DNA from: Botryllus schlosseri
Taxonomy: Eukaryota
Reading direction: 5' to 3'
Length of the DNA: 64,000 nt
NCBI GenBank assembly: GCA_051294905.1
Contig: CM119371.1
Span: 12,464,001 to 12,528,000 of the forward strand
Shown here: in pieces, positions 40,301 through 54,439 of the stretch
Position numbering within the stretch: the stretch's first letter is position 1
Layout of the letters: every line of letters begins with the position of its first letter
Program-made: the position numbers and the translations under genes
The notes under the pieces: model-generated
Database searches by the model: none
Seen by the model: only the letters and a program-made list of their open reading frames with translations
Told to the model about the DNA's origin: nothing

Positions 40301-41510
40301 TTCTTCTCAGTTCTGCCCAACTTTATCAGTTGCCACTCTATTGGGAAACTCAGCACAAATCTAATAAACATACTATATACTCACAATTTCTAGTAGGAAA
40401 TTCCCAGCAGAATGAACCTAGACGACTCTCTATGAAGGGCTACTTGCTGGGACAACGTATCTGAACAGATGAATAACAGTCAGTGGCACCTCAAACACAC
40501 ATATTAACCGGCATGGCATGAATAAACGCATTGAAGTAGGTATAATCTTATAGCTGGCGAACTGAGCGCAAAATTCAACAAAACAGGTCTAAATTGAAAG
40601 CTACTTTTGCAAATGATTCAGAAAATATCAATTAATATCTAGTCCGGTCACTGAAACCCCCCCCCCCCCCCGAAAATTGCCTTCAAATTCAGTAAGGAAT
40701 CGGTGCGACAGTAGCTTTCGATTGAGACCTGTGTAAGTGTAATTAAATTGTGCGTTCTGGTCGCAATGAGCTATAAGATTATCGTTGAGTTATCAAATTG
40801 GTAGTTTCTACAGTCACCATTGCATGTGCATAAAAAATTTCAAGAAATTCATAACTTACATATGCAGTTTTAAGCTCTCTATATTTATACTCAGCTCTGC
40901 TTCTTCACTATACTTGAGAGTTTAATAAACTTTTCAGAAATCAAACGGTCATAACTGCGGATTTCTTGCTGTTTTGATACCATATCGAGGAATTAAGCTC
41001 TAACCTGCATTTGATGAATTATTGATGCACTGTCAGTATATTCATGACATTCCTGGCAGATTTCCTTTTACACTTTCTTCAAGATGCTGAGATTCCTTTT
41101 CGAACTGCTTCGCCTGAGCTTCAGCAAGATCCGTATCAGTGGAACATGTGCGTTTTCTTCTAATCTTCGAATCGAATCGAATCAGACCTTGAATCGGAAT
41201 CATATTTAGTAGATCTTCATATATATTGTCTTTTCCCCGCAACTGAGCTATCCATAAGTTAGTATTGCAATATAGTACTCTTGCGTAACGGAACCATATA
41301 GGGCTGGGTAGAATTGAATATCGGTGCTTTAATAATACAATTTCGAAGCCAAGCAATGATATCATAATCATGATTGCAAAACCAGCAACCATGACTCAAG
41401 TTGGGCTTCGGGTCGAATTCAAAACTTCTGATATAGCCCTTTGTCATTATTAGTCAAAAGCTACCTTCCAATCCATTTTTAGTTATAAATCGCAAAACAG
41501 TAACTCTTAC

Positions 41511-44048
41511 TAGGGATGGTGTGAACGTGAGGTTCACGTTCGCGTTCTATGTGTGAACCTCGGAAATTTACAGGTTCGCGTTCACAACAAAACCTTGATA
41601 GGTTCTGCACTGTGAACCTTCATCATATATTACAATTTTCACTTCATTATAACATCTTTCGTTAAAATTTATTGCATTTCAACTGCGGGCCACTCTATGC
41701 ATTGCGGTGGCAGCATAAAAAATCAACACTAAACGAGCATGCACCTTGACAATCTCAAAAGTTTTAGTTGCGTTGTTACAAAAGTTTGCTCGAAATATCC
41801 AGCTTCCCTTCGTAAATATTTAGTGACTCTCTGCTGTGAGCCTGACCCGCAATCACACAACATCACGAGCGAAATGCGTAGTCAGCGAATGATGCTTATC
41901 CAACCAAGCAATGAGATTGATATCGTTTCTGATGTTAAAAATTTAGCAGGCGTGCGGGGTCAATCTTGACTTCATATTTTACTGTATCATTAAAGCCAAA
42001 TCCGTACCGTTGAGGTGTTGGCTACTGTTTTATAGAACTTGTTAATGGGTTAATATCGGCAGCAAGTATAGAAACCAGTTTTACTCTCTGCTCAATATCA
42101 ATGTAGCAATACTCAGACGCTGAATGCATTGTCCGGTCAGGCCTAGACTGTTAAGGATTAAGCTTATATTCCCTGGTAAGCCCTCGTCGAAATTGCCGGC
42201 TAAGCGACGGAGGATATCGACTTTATTGGATTATTATATCCTTTGATTGCCTCAGTTGATACATTTAGCGACGTCTAAAACGCCAATATGTACTCCAGCA
42301 TTGTGGCATTATGTGGCCCGAGTCGTCGCTAGGTATCGTGTACAGTGTTTACACCAGAGGTCTCAAACTCAAATGTGCTCGCGGGCCAATTTCCTAATTT
42401 GTGATGACCCGCGGGCCGCAGAATCAATGAATAGGGGTATTCAATCTATAATATCCTACTAGGCCTTATTTAATGGCACCTTGCAGACAGGCATTCCACA
42501 ACCACCGAAAAAATGTAATTTACTATTATACGATTCACGCTTCGCAAACAAACTACATTTTCAAATATTTGAATAAAATGAATTTTGTGTCGGGCATAAT
42601 TTGTTAGAAATAATGAGTTTAGACATCATACGAGAAGACGCATGATGATATCGTATAAGCTGTTGGGTTGTAATATTGCAGCTATTGGACCTTTGAAATG
42701 CCACAATTTTATGTAGAATATTTTAGAATTCACTAAAGATTGATCTGATATCAGAGCTTGTGAGCGGTGTAGCCTAATCGGGGTTTCTGATATACACGTG
42801 ATAAGTATAGGCTATTGTTACTGTCATTGCCAAAGTCAAATTAAATCAGCGTTAGGTTTTCTTCAATTAATGTTGGAACAGATAAATAACAACTGAAATA
42901 TAATCATTATTGCTCCATAGTAATAGCATTGTTTCTTAACCGTTTTAGCGATCGTACCCCTTGTACTTTCAATTAGATTTCCAGTGACCCCTGTCGATTT
43001 CCAACACAATTTCTGATGGGACCTATAAAAATCAGAAAGCCCATTTACATAAAATCGCGCGTAGCGCGAACAATATTTTCCAGTTGAATAAATTGGCCCA
43101 GAAAATATTCCACAGCATATAGGCCAATTTCCACAATGCATCTGGTACCCCCTGATGTGGTGCTTTGTACCACGAAGGGGATACGGACCCCTGGTTAAGA
43201 ACCCCTGGAATAGAAATGACTATTCGCCGAAGAATCCACTGGTGTTACAGCTGTGGAGCGTACCACTATAACCGATAATAACATGGACAGGGAGAGCAAA
43301 CAACATCCAAGATGTAACCAAATATACGTCACGGGGGCCACAGAATGCCAATGGTTTCCATACAGACCTGATTCGATTTCTATATTCTATATACCCTACG
43401 CAACGCAAGCTACGCGCTTTTGATATAGTACTATTCCCCCATTGCCCAGTCACTATTCCGGGAGGCAAGTCCTTCTCCGATTTTAACGTTCGACCCTATA
43501 CTCAACTCGAGTCATTTTTAGTTTATCACCCAGTCAATTAAAAATCGAGTAATTTGACGAAAGGTCGCACCATACAAAATAACAATTTTCAGTAACGAAA
43601 CATCAACGGTTCATGCTTTGTCATCATGAACCTGAAATGCGACGTAATAGCGATCTTCAACTGCATGGTAGATTTTAGGAAGTGATGTGATAGTGAAGTT
43701 TGTTTAGATTTCAGGTTTTTGTAGTAGTTTTGGAGTGAACTGTAAGTTCCTTAATCTACAAAAAGATATATGACACTAGAATATATTGTCGAATGGTTGA
43801 AATTGTAAAATACCTTCGCGGGCCGCACAAAATGTTCTCGAGGGCCGCATGCGGCCCGCGTGTTTGAGACCTCTGGTTTACACTCTGTCACATTAATATA
43901 GGCTATCACATCATTGAAAGATAGGATTGGAATCAGCAATATGACGTCACGTGACGTCATGAGGTTCACGTTCGCGTTCACACAGAACCTTTCAAAAAGG
44001 TTCGCGTTCACACGAACCTGAACCTTTCAGAGGTTCACACCATCCCTA
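41511..44048. mobile_element. hAT-like MITE with 5-bp TSD
   Basis: TIR tagggatggtgtgaac / gttcacaccatcccta; cttac on both flanks. Confidence 0.85.
42355..43875. mobile_element. hAT Charlie-type MITE
   Basis: TIR cagaggtctcaaac / gtttgagacctctg; TSD gtttacac. Confidence 0.9.
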
Positions 44049-45893
44049 CTTACCTTATGCTGATCAAAAAATCAGGTTTGGTTACAATAGAAGGACGTAC
44101 TATAACAGTGTCAACTCTAAACAATAATAGGCCTACCGAACATCCATCATTGCTCTTTACTATAGTGATTCCATAACCAAGCCCAATTTCGTTGTGCACA
44201 GACGCCACTTCTGACTATAACGCATCATTGACTGACTACACTAACTACAACCAGCGGTTATGATTAAGTTATCACCGACGTAAGTGGCACACAGCCGACG
44301 TGGAAAACGCGTCTGGCCGCTGAAAACAATTCACTTCACAGAATCATTACGGTTCAAACTTCCCAGATGAAACTTTGAATCACGTGAACTGTGCTCGCTG
44401 CGCAATGCGCCACTGCGCATGTAAGGGAAAAAAGCTAACGATCTCATTCACTTCAGGCTTCACGCATAGCGCTACGAGACGCACGAGGAAAGCTCGTCAA
44501 TCGATGAGTGGTATTCACCGCAGGAACATCGGTAAAACATTAAGCGGCACAAAAATTGTAAAGTTTATTACATGCTCGAAATAAAAGTACGGAAGAGAAT
44601 ATACCATTATCGAAGTCGATAATACCATCAACTATTCAGTACCAGCATATAATCCATATGGCGATCAAGTCATAAAGAAATACAGATTCACTGTGCGCAG
44701 TAACCATTTCTGCCGACCCACTAAGCGCATTCAAGTGAAAACCGCTAAACATCTCACGGTATGACGCACGCAAAAAGTCAGTAACATCTTTCGGAACGGC
44801 GAATGTTCGCCGCTGGAACAAACAGTAACACAGCACAACAGCCAGAAGGGCACAGAAATAGCAAAGTTTAAAAGCTTGAAATGTAGGCCGAACAGGGAAT
44901 ATCGACCATTCAATGCCAGCATACATAATCCGGTTACGTGACGTCGGTGACGAATCACATCCAGTGACGATTTTCTTTCAAATTCTCTTGAAATATTTTT
45001 AAATTCTGAAATATGTGCAATCTGTGCATATCAGTGCCAGGAGTTAATGAGAGGTTGACGAAATAGAACTATCCTCACACTGTCCGAATATGATATCCTT
45101 TGGAATTCTGATTCGCATTTTCAGTGAACTATCACCAATATCAGTGTGCAAATGTACGATTTTTGTTCGAACTGTACTCTTTAAATATTTTGAAAGGATG
45201 AAATATGTGCATTTATCAGCAAGAGCTTGAGAGGTTGACTTTTTAGCTGAAGCAACATGGAAAAATCCCCACACTGTCAGATTATGGTATCCAGTGGAAA
45301 TTTAATTGTAAATTTTAGTGGACTATCCCGAATGTATTTCTGTATGTATGTCCGAGGATATCCGAACCGAACATTTTCGAACGTGGATAGCCAAGTATTA
45401 GCCCACGTCTATCCAACCGGACACTGGGACACTCGGACACTGCTTGGATAGCCCTCGGCAATTATGTGTTTGCTGGGATGGAAATTATGCTTACTTGTAA
45501 GACAGTGAAGCAAACGATCACATATGTCCTCGACAAATCAGGATACCCAATGAAAAGCGCACTTGCAAGAATGGAAAAAGCAAGAAAGAGCTGTGGAAAA
45601 GAGACTGACATGAAAAAAGGAGCTGTGACATCGGGCACTAGGCCGAGGTGGATGCCAGAGACCGCAACTGCAATCGCAACTGGTCGTTCGGCATCCTCCT
45701 ATCTGCTCATTAGTCATTGCATCGCATTGTACATTGCGTGTGCGTTGTTCAGATGAAAGTATAATCTGACGATTATCATTTATTGTAGGCTGCTCGGTAC
45801 AGATACTCTTATGATATGTATCTGATACATTATGTTGGTAGCGCAACGAACTTTGCTAAAACCTTCAAGATTTTCCAGTACAACTATCTAGAT

Positions 45894-47324
45894 CAGTGGT
45901 TCTCAACCTTTTTGGCTTCGCGGACCCCTTTTGACCGTCACGGACCCTCGCGGACCCCCTCAAGTTTTAGTTCAATTTTAGCTCTATTATGGTGCAACCT
46001 TCATCTGTCTTGTGCAAATATGAACTGTAGGCTTGTGATAAACAGCAAAATAATGATTTTTCTTGAAGATAACATCATACTATTTACGTGTGGTGGACTT
46101 TTATTATTTCAAAGCTAATTTTGCTGCTGTATTTCTTGAACTACGTGGTCGTGTCTTGAAAATCCGCGTCTGCGTTTTGATATGAACGAGGAGTCCGAAA
46201 ACCATTTCCGCAAAGATAGATGGAGGCTAATGCAATATTAACGCATAACTCTTCGCTTCCGACGATACTTTTGGTGTGATCGCAACATTTATGGTACCAA
46301 AATGAAGAAACACATATTTTATGAACATATCACGTCCAGCATCTAGCACAGGGACGGGCAACATACGGACGGCTGGCCGGATTCGACCCGCGACGGCATT
46401 TTGATCGGCCCGCAGAGAGTTTCTACCGTCAAAGTGAAATCCTAATCTAAAAGTATAGACAAATTTTATGCTCCAAATGGATCCAAGTTTTCCAACCAGA
46501 GAAAGACTGTCATGAAACGAATTGTTCTGTTCAGGTTTACATATACATTTACGAGTAAACATTTTCGACCATGAACAATTCGACATTAACAAGACAAGGC
46601 TGCATACCAATATAACTGGTGATATGAATTTCAGGGTTCGAGCGTAATGCTTTGATAGCAACGAAACACTCGTTGTTCATCAAAAAATCAGCCTTGTCGA
46701 TAGGGCATCCGCAATAAGAATGCGCAAAATCTGATAGCCGAGCTTTAAGACCAGGTATATTATTGTCCGATTTATGACGAGTGTCAGCCGAAAATATTCG
46801 GATTCATTTCAACATGAATATACTATTCAATTGTATATTAAAGTTCTGTACCTCCAAGAAGCTGTTCCCTGCATTGGGACAAATTATGGAAATACTTCGG
46901 AAATTTTTATTTCAAACGACTGTTCACTAATTTGATGAGACTACGACAACTTCAAATCGAGAAGGTTTCGCAGACATTACGAAGTTACCCTGATTGACGT
47001 TACTATCTCCATATTTTTATTTTTTTCACAGACCCCAACAAAACGTCTCTAAACAGCAATATGTTTGTATCAGCAGGTTATTGGAATATTTGCAATGAAA
47101 ATGAGTTTTCACACTACGATAGTCCATGTCGGACGATTATTATGATGATATGAGTCATGAGGTTTTAGCAGTTGTGGTGCGAAACTGCCTCATGCTTTCT
47201 CAAATTAAAAAATAAAATAAAAATTAGGTTATCAACCATTTTAAAAATTTAGAGGTCTCGCGGACCCCCTGAAATTGCTTCACGGACCCCTAGGGGTCCG
47301 CGGACCCCCGGTTGAGAACCGCTG
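45894..47324. mobile_element. hAT Charlie-type MITE
   Basis: TIR cagtggttctcaacc / ggttgagaaccgctg; TSD atctagat; cggacccc repeats. Confidence 0.9.
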
Positions 47325-47664
47325 ATCTAGATGATCAAGAATGACCAATGCTTGTGAGCTCATTTTTGTGTTACAATCTGCAAGTTCCTCATTATCATTC
47401 TCGTTGATTATTCTTGGATATGGTGATACTATTTGTATCAATTGGGTTTCCACCGTAGTATTTTGCTTTGTGTCTTAGAGCAGTCCCATACATGGGTTTC
47501 TCAAATAGCGGGTTGACATTCCTTCAACCAAGTTAATAATTATTATGTAACCGAGTAATAATATGACCATGAATAATACGTTACTTCGAAAGTTTATGTG
47601 CTTACTATACAATTTATATCCTGTGTCGGGCAAAAAAATATTCGAGATACTCTGCTTGTTCAAG

Positions 47665-47830
47665 ATAACTGCAACAATACAGCTGGTACATCATATAATT
47701 GTCAATCATCAGAGAGGATGAGATCTAGTTGGTATTAATTAGTATTATAACTGCAACAATACAACTGGTACATGGTTCATCCTTCAATTGTCAATCATTA
47801 GAGAGGATGAAATTTAGTTGGTATTGTTAT
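47665..47830. repeat. Tandem duplication of ~85 bp
   Basis: ataactgcaacaatac...gagaggatga..tagttggtatt twice. Confidence 0.75.
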
Positions 47831-50800
47831 AGTATTTTATCATTTAAAAACACCAACAGATAGTGATGAGATTAAAGGATAAGAGGGTATTGAAATACAT
47901 GAAGTGTTTCAATCAGACAGCTATTTGGCCAAGGTTATAATACATCTAGAAAGGGTTTGTGTGGAATCCAGTCCATCTGGTGAAGTTATGAGTGATAAAT
48001 GGGGAATATAAACCAATACAGTTGGTGATAAGGATAGAATCATAATTTCAGCACTTCCAAGACAGGACAAGACGCCAAGAAATAGCATCTTTATCATCGC
48101 TAACAGCTATTTGATATCTATATGGATGATTTATATTGATGTGGATACTTTCACCATCCTTATTGTACTTCAAGAGACGAAACTAGGTCCATGTTTAGTC
48201 CAGTCCCATAGTAAAGCATATAGCAACAAAACAGTTTTGGGTCGAGTTATCTTTATCGCCCCTAGTGTTCAAAATGAAGTGGAAATGCCCCATTGTGACC
48301 ACTCACGTGCCGAGAATATCATTTCAGGGTGACCCACACTTTCACATAGTTCACTCAGCTGTGTATGATCCAGGGCACAAATAGGGCCTACTTTGTACTT
48401 CAAACAGCATGGAGTCCATCTAGTTTTGTTTGATGTAGCGATGGACTTCCTTTCTCCAAATTTCGATTCGAAAGTATCTTTGAATATTGTGCTTGAATGG
48501 AGCAAATCAGATAAAGCTGACAGCTTTGATAACGCCGGTCGCATTGGAGTTCCACGCTCCAACCCATCTTTTATACATAGTTGACGGGTGTGCGCGAAAC
48601 AAGCAAGGCGGCCCTGCGTTACCGTTTCAGATATTTCACCAAGAATTTGCTCATGACCTTCCGGAGTCTTCCACATAGTTGCATTCTCAAGAGAATCCTC
48701 CGAACCGCAATCATTGCCACCCTGGGCAAATCAAAATGAACTGAAAAAGCCTTCTTCATATTGGCAGCATTGTCAGTAATGACATAATCTAATTTGTCTT
48801 TTATGCGGAATTCGACCAATGTCTTCTCAAAGGCTGCTGCAATATTTTCCCCAGTATGCCTCCCGCGAAATCGATTACAGGCCAACGTATAGGAGTCGAT
48901 ACTCATTTTATTTGGGTTCAAAACGTACGCCGTTACTCCTAGGAAGGACATCATTTTTCTATCTGACCAGATGTCAACGGTAGCACTTACAGATCTGGAG
49001 CATTCCAATTTCTTCGTAATGCTGCTCTTGACTTCCTGGGCTTTGACGTGTAATTGTTTTTTGACCGACCCTCGACACAATGGCTTATGTCCAGGGGCTA
49101 AAATTTGTAGAAATTTCTCGAATCCGGGTGTTTCGACAATTCTGATAGGCAGGCTTTCGCAAACGATAAGATCATACACAATGCTTTGATTTATTTGGGT
49201 TGCTAATCTGCTGCCTGGAACAACTTGTCTTGCGTTGGTTCGACTCCCAGAAATATATTCGGTTATAGTTGGCTGCGATTCGTCAATGGTCATGTTTTTT
49301 GAATCTTTAACTGATATCTGTATGAATGGAGAAGAAAAAACGATTTTAATGATTTAGACGGGACTTTGTCCACTGATACCCAAATTCCTATCTCAACATT
49401 TGGTTAGCAGACCGCAATGGAATATTTTCGTTACACTTGATTTTAGTATGCCAAACCCTCATATGGAATATCAATATATGGTCAATTTCAATTCACACAC
49501 ATATTAACAATTCTTTAGGTTCCACAAATAGACTGAATATAGTAGCCATCACTCAATACTCTAAATGAGTTTAAGACACATTTGTCGCAAAGGTTATAGG
49601 GGCATTATTTGGATTTAGCCTGTTCAATATCTGATTTCTTAAAATATCACGCATTTAATAATATGTCATTGCAATCAAGAACAACTTTACATTGAAACAT
49701 ATGTAGCGATCAGTGCTTAAACAGAGATCCTCAATATATATAACACAGTACTATACCAGTAAGAAAAACATCTGTACTAGTACTGGAGTAATCATACATA
49801 CTGGTCTGGATGACTTTGCTTGAGGTGTCTCGTGAAGTTGGACGTAGTGCCAACTTTCTCGCATAAAATATTCTGCTTCACGCACAATTTACATTTTGCA
49901 ATCTGTTTGCTACCTTCTCTGACTTCATAGCCGCTGTATGCAAACTGGATGACAGTAGGTGGTCTGGACATAGCGAAGTAACTAAAATCTAAAGTAACCT
50001 GCGAAACCGTCTCAGCATATTAGCGATTGCCTCAGAAACAATGCAAAAATCCATTTTCCACAACCGCTAAACATCTAACACACGCTCGATGCCATTCATA
50101 ACAACATCTCCTCTCCTCGCGAACTGTGCTCTCTGTCATGCGTCCAGCCGAAGAAACGACATACGGTACTCATGTTTCGTAACAATGCGTTGCGACTATG
50201 TACTATCGTCTGTTGTTTTTGCGACGGCATATCTGATATCAGACGAGTGCAACGAAAGCAGTGGTGACAAATAGCGATGTCGGCAGAATTCGTCAGATTT
50301 GTTGAACTAGGCATTACGATTCGAAAATTTATTCATCTTCAAGTCATATAAAATCAGCCGATTCATTGACTTGGGTCGAGTCATGCGTAATGACTCGAGT
50401 ACAAGTCGAGTCAATCCAAATATTGACTCGAGTCGAGTCGAGTCATTTTCCCATTTCCAGACTCGAGTCATTACAACCCAGGGCCAGGGCCGTAGCGTCG
50501 GCACCTCACGCCCCTAATTGGGGATGAGGCGGGCTCGAAGGGGGCAAAAATTATCATGAGATTCAACAAAATTATATATTATTTATACTGAGAGGTTTTT
50601 ATTATTTGCCATATTACCTTCGCGCATTGCAAAATTTATTGTCGCTTACTAGCATCAGATATAATATGATTTTGTCCTTGCCTAAAAGAAAACAATACTT
50701 TCAAGTTAAAGAAATAGGCCTTTCGCGACAAATCAAGGCCTATGAAGTTCCCGCTAACATGGGACTCCAAGATTCGTGCTGAAAAATATGGGAGAGAATA

Positions 50801-52810
50801 AAATGTTTTTTGAAACTAACGCACCATGTTGACCGAAACCTTACCAGTGGTTCCAGTTATCTAGGCCCCTTAACCCCACTCGAGTCACTTTGCAAAATGA
50901 CTTGACTTGACTTGACTCGGAGCTTCAGAAATCTGCATTGACTCGTGACTGGGAGCAAAATTTACGAGTCAATTTCAAGTCATTAAGTAAACAGTGTCGA
51001 TTTAATCAATGTATCTTGTGCATGTTCGGATTGTTCAAGATACGCCGGTGTCACTTGTGAGAGCAATTATTCATTCACTGATTGTACGTTACACTGATCC
51101 GTTACACTGATACGTTACATCACAAATAATTTGACCGCAAATGAAACGATCACAGTTTACGTTGTCGTACCAGTAGCAGATTAATCTAATAGCAATGTGT
51201 CTCAGTTTCTGAGACGGCTCAATGCTTACGCTGCGCATTGCTCACTTGCTCAGTTTTGCCAAACCTCTTGTATGATTTAATTCGAACAAATATAGTATGT
51301 GCGTTTATATTCTTACGGATGCGTAGATGGGTATTGTAAGCCAGTGCTCTTCAACCTTTTTCATCGTTGTACACCCTTTTAACATTTTCTCAAAACTCGT
51401 ACACCCCTGACCATATAATACACCGATAACGCAGAAAGCCGCATTTTGATTACATATACAATACGTCCAGATTCCAGCGGGGAGTCGCCATGGCCCATGG
51501 ACGACAAACATTCGTATGAAATTTGATATTGGGAACTTAACACCGCGGAGAGCCCTTGTGGTGTTCTGTGCCTTCACTTATTTCTTGAGATATGCCTTGC
51601 GTAAATTTCCTTATTGTAGAAGCAAAACATCCCAGCAGGCTTACAATATATAATTTATGTACCTAAATCGCGAGTATCAATGTCAAAAAAATATACTAGA
51701 ATTATGGGTGCAGTCGCGCGGAGCGCGAAAATTTTGCCCCTTGAATGGATTTAATCGAAAATGTGGGTAGTTTCACATATTATAGTCAAAAGTTCATTCA
51801 TTCTTAGCTCACGTGATCAGATTAACCCGTAGAGCTGATGGAGGGTATCTTCAAAAATATTGGGCACAATAATAATGATGTATCTTCCGGTTTTTATTAA
51901 TCACTTAGTTGCATGTTGTTATTTCTTGGCCTCCCACCAGGATTGTTTATAGCCTATTGTTATTATTAGTATTTCTATTACACATCAATGATAGTGGCGA
52001 TAATCGCATGTTTAGAATTTGTGCGCCTCTACAGTGCATTTCTTAAAGTTTAGTGTCTTTGCATTGGGTAATGAGGACGACTTTCGCTTGCACGCGCACT
52101 CCCATTCTTCATTCTCTCTCGCTAACGTGCGTCCACTTTCAGGACTCTGCTGCTGACTTTGGAGCTCGGCTCAATCTTTTTCTAGCTAGACTTTCAAGAC
52201 GCTACGACGGCGACGAGGAGCCCAGATAAACCTCCGACACATATAAACATGGCTAAGCCTAGACTTGAACCAGCATCAATTGGTTGCATAATGACGGCCG
52301 TCAACACATGCTAATTTAAATATGTGTAGAAGGTCGCAAAATTATGGGTTTGCGGCTGAATGAGGCCGCACATCTGCAGGTTGAGCACCCCTGGCCTAGC
52401 CGAAATAGGGATGAAGGCTGCAACGTACAGTAAATGCTAAATACGAATAAGGGCTCGAGGTTACTCGACCACCATCTAACGCAGTGATTCGCAAACTCGA
52501 CCCCCTAGCTGCGCAATCATGTATTCTGCGCTATTCATAAGCTTGCCGCCGGAAGCACCAATTCAAAATGTCTGAGCTGTAGCGGTGTTTTCCTCGAGAA
52601 TCGTCAGACAGATATCGCAAGCTGAACACATGCTAACTCCACCCTACTCTATGCGAAAAGGGTGGCCGGTCAATACCGAGAATGCAATACATGCAGTACA
52701 GGCATGTTATGCATATGAACAGGTCGAGTGTGTGCATAACGGCGTTGCCAAATTCGGTATCGATTCTCAAGTATAAATTTCTGCACAACGTTCGTTACAT
52801 TAAGCTAGAT

Positions 52811-54239
52811 CAGGGGTTCTCAACTTCCCTCGTATAACGGGCCGCATTTTAACAGCGAAAGACGCTGCGGGCCGCAGATCATCATTTCCATGTATATAGT
52901 GGGATATTATTAAATTTAGGCTACTATAGCCTATTTACCAGTCGCATTCGTGCGTTTAGTACATTTTTATGCATTCTAAAGCATTAACGGACAGAGTTCG
53001 CAAGATTGCGTTTTTTTTTGCGAATATTATCTTCCAGCGGCGCAAGCATATCCCGTCATTGAGCGTGCATTGCATTAATTGTCAAGTCAGTATATGCACC
53101 GTCAAACCCTTCCACCAGAGAAGTCTCTGTTTCAATGCGTGAGCGAGCAAGTATAAAATTCCGATAACTTTTTCGCTACAGAGGCCATTATCACTTTGAG
53201 CTCTCAGTGATATGAGAAGAAGTCTGGCGTTTGGGTCATTTTTGAACAAACTAATCAACCCTACTCCTTTCCTTCAATGGGTGGAGCCCTGCACGAATAC
53301 AGACAGAATTCAGCGTTTTAAAGTTGATGTTTTTAGCGGGTCCCTACTCGCGTTTGCCCTGCCAGCATTCCCAGTCTAATAGAAAGCCCTCAGATAATGA
53401 ATTCGCTCTGTAATGTCCGTCGAGTCAGTGGATTCGTCCGATGCTAGGCTAAAAAAATACGCGTCAACGTATTTCAGAACATGCGATGAAAGATCGACTG
53501 AAATTGCTGTTACTCTTCTGGTCACGGTTGAAACAGACAACTGTAACTTCAAAATTTGTCAGGTGATGTTGTCCTTGTTGTTAAGTATCGGAAGCAGCGA
53601 ATATTCGTTTTATTGACATCGCACATTCTTTGGCCAATTTCACGGGTTTAACGATATTCCAAGCAATTTTAAACCATGCGTCTGTAATATAGTCGACAAT
53701 TTTAACAATGCCTCGAAATATAGATTGGTGGGCTTGACACCCAGCTAGCAATGTTTTTTCTAACATCAGGCAATACGTATAACTTCAGAAGAGAGTGCCG
53801 TGGTATAATTTTAAGCTTCTACCCTTCGTTACGAAAACTGTTATTCGACAAATATGTAGCATCGGTTTTCCATTTATATCTGAGAAAGCAAATTGATTGT
53901 TCCAAACGGAGTTACAAACCCAGTTCCCGCCGTTTAATTTCCCTTTCCTTGTTCTTGTTGAGTTAAACACCCTTTAAGAGTGTACTACACAAAGGAATTC
54001 TCTGAAACTAGAGTCCAGCCGAATACCGATTCAAAACAATAACAATCTACACTGGAGCATATATCAAGAAACCAGAATATATTAAAGAATGAGTAATTAA
54101 ACGAGACATAGACGGTGCGATAAGAGAACTAAGTAGCTAAATTAATATGTAACATCGTGTCAGTAGCAATTGCGTTTATAATGAAAGATGTCGCGGGCCG
54201 CAAAATAGACGTCTGCGGGCCGCGGGTTGAAAACCCCTG
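52811..54239 (-). mobile_element. Buster/Charlie-type hAT deletion derivative with transposase relic
   Basis: TIR caggggttctcaac / gttgaaaacccctg; TSD agctagat; minus-strand YFFSLASDESTDSTDIT matches the Buster-type catalytic SLALDESTD motif. Confidence 0.85.
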
Positions 54240-54439
54240 AGCTAGATTCTTGGCATTGGCCATTTTAGGTAATGTCCATTCTCGGTAATAGCATTCCCGG
54301 TAATATAATGGAACCCTCGAAATGGAAGTAATGTGTCCATTACCACAGGTTAACTGATGAGAAACATTTGGTTATGACATCACATTGTACGATATTACAC
54401 ATCCAGTCAATCTGTTTTGAAGCGTAAACTGGCTTAGGC

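Larger units (their letters stand above)
36300..45477. mobile_element. EnSpm/CACTA-like element (animal CCC-ended type)
   Basis: TIR cccagcaaacacat / atgtgtttgctggg; 2-bp AT TSD; tatcc/ggata subterminal repeats; decayed minus-strand coding relic near 41040-41480. Confidence 0.75.
35661..48291. mobile_element. Long-TIR element with AT target duplication (ISL2EU/PIF-Harbinger-group-like), non-autonomous
   Basis: ~228-bp TIRs (35661-35888 / ~48064-48291) starting ggggcatttccac; removing it and one AT restores the hAT frame EWSQLKKLINIL. Confidence 0.8.
33583..49971 (-). pseudogene. hAT transposase in pieces: 49798-49971 (BED finger), 48294-49317, 35193-35658, 33583-33931 (dimerisation domain)
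   Basis: CKLC...TSNFTRHLKQSH; TVDIWSD, TDNAANM, CFAHTRQL, KTRW; LDPKF; FW...YP...IPASSAPVERV; frameshifts and in-frame stops. Confidence 0.92.
32204..50481 (-). mobile_element. hAT transposon (BED-finger transposase) expanded to 18.3 kb by nested insertions
   Basis: TIR cagggttgtaa / ttacaacccag; TSD ggccaagg/ggccaggg (single ggccaggg in the uninterrupted spacer copy at ~59161); gactcgagtc subterminal repeats at both ends. Confidence 0.92.

Noticed and set aside
48269..49971. Domesticated ZBED-like host gene
   Set aside because: Frameshifts, stops, nested insertions and retained TIR/TSD indicate a dead transposon
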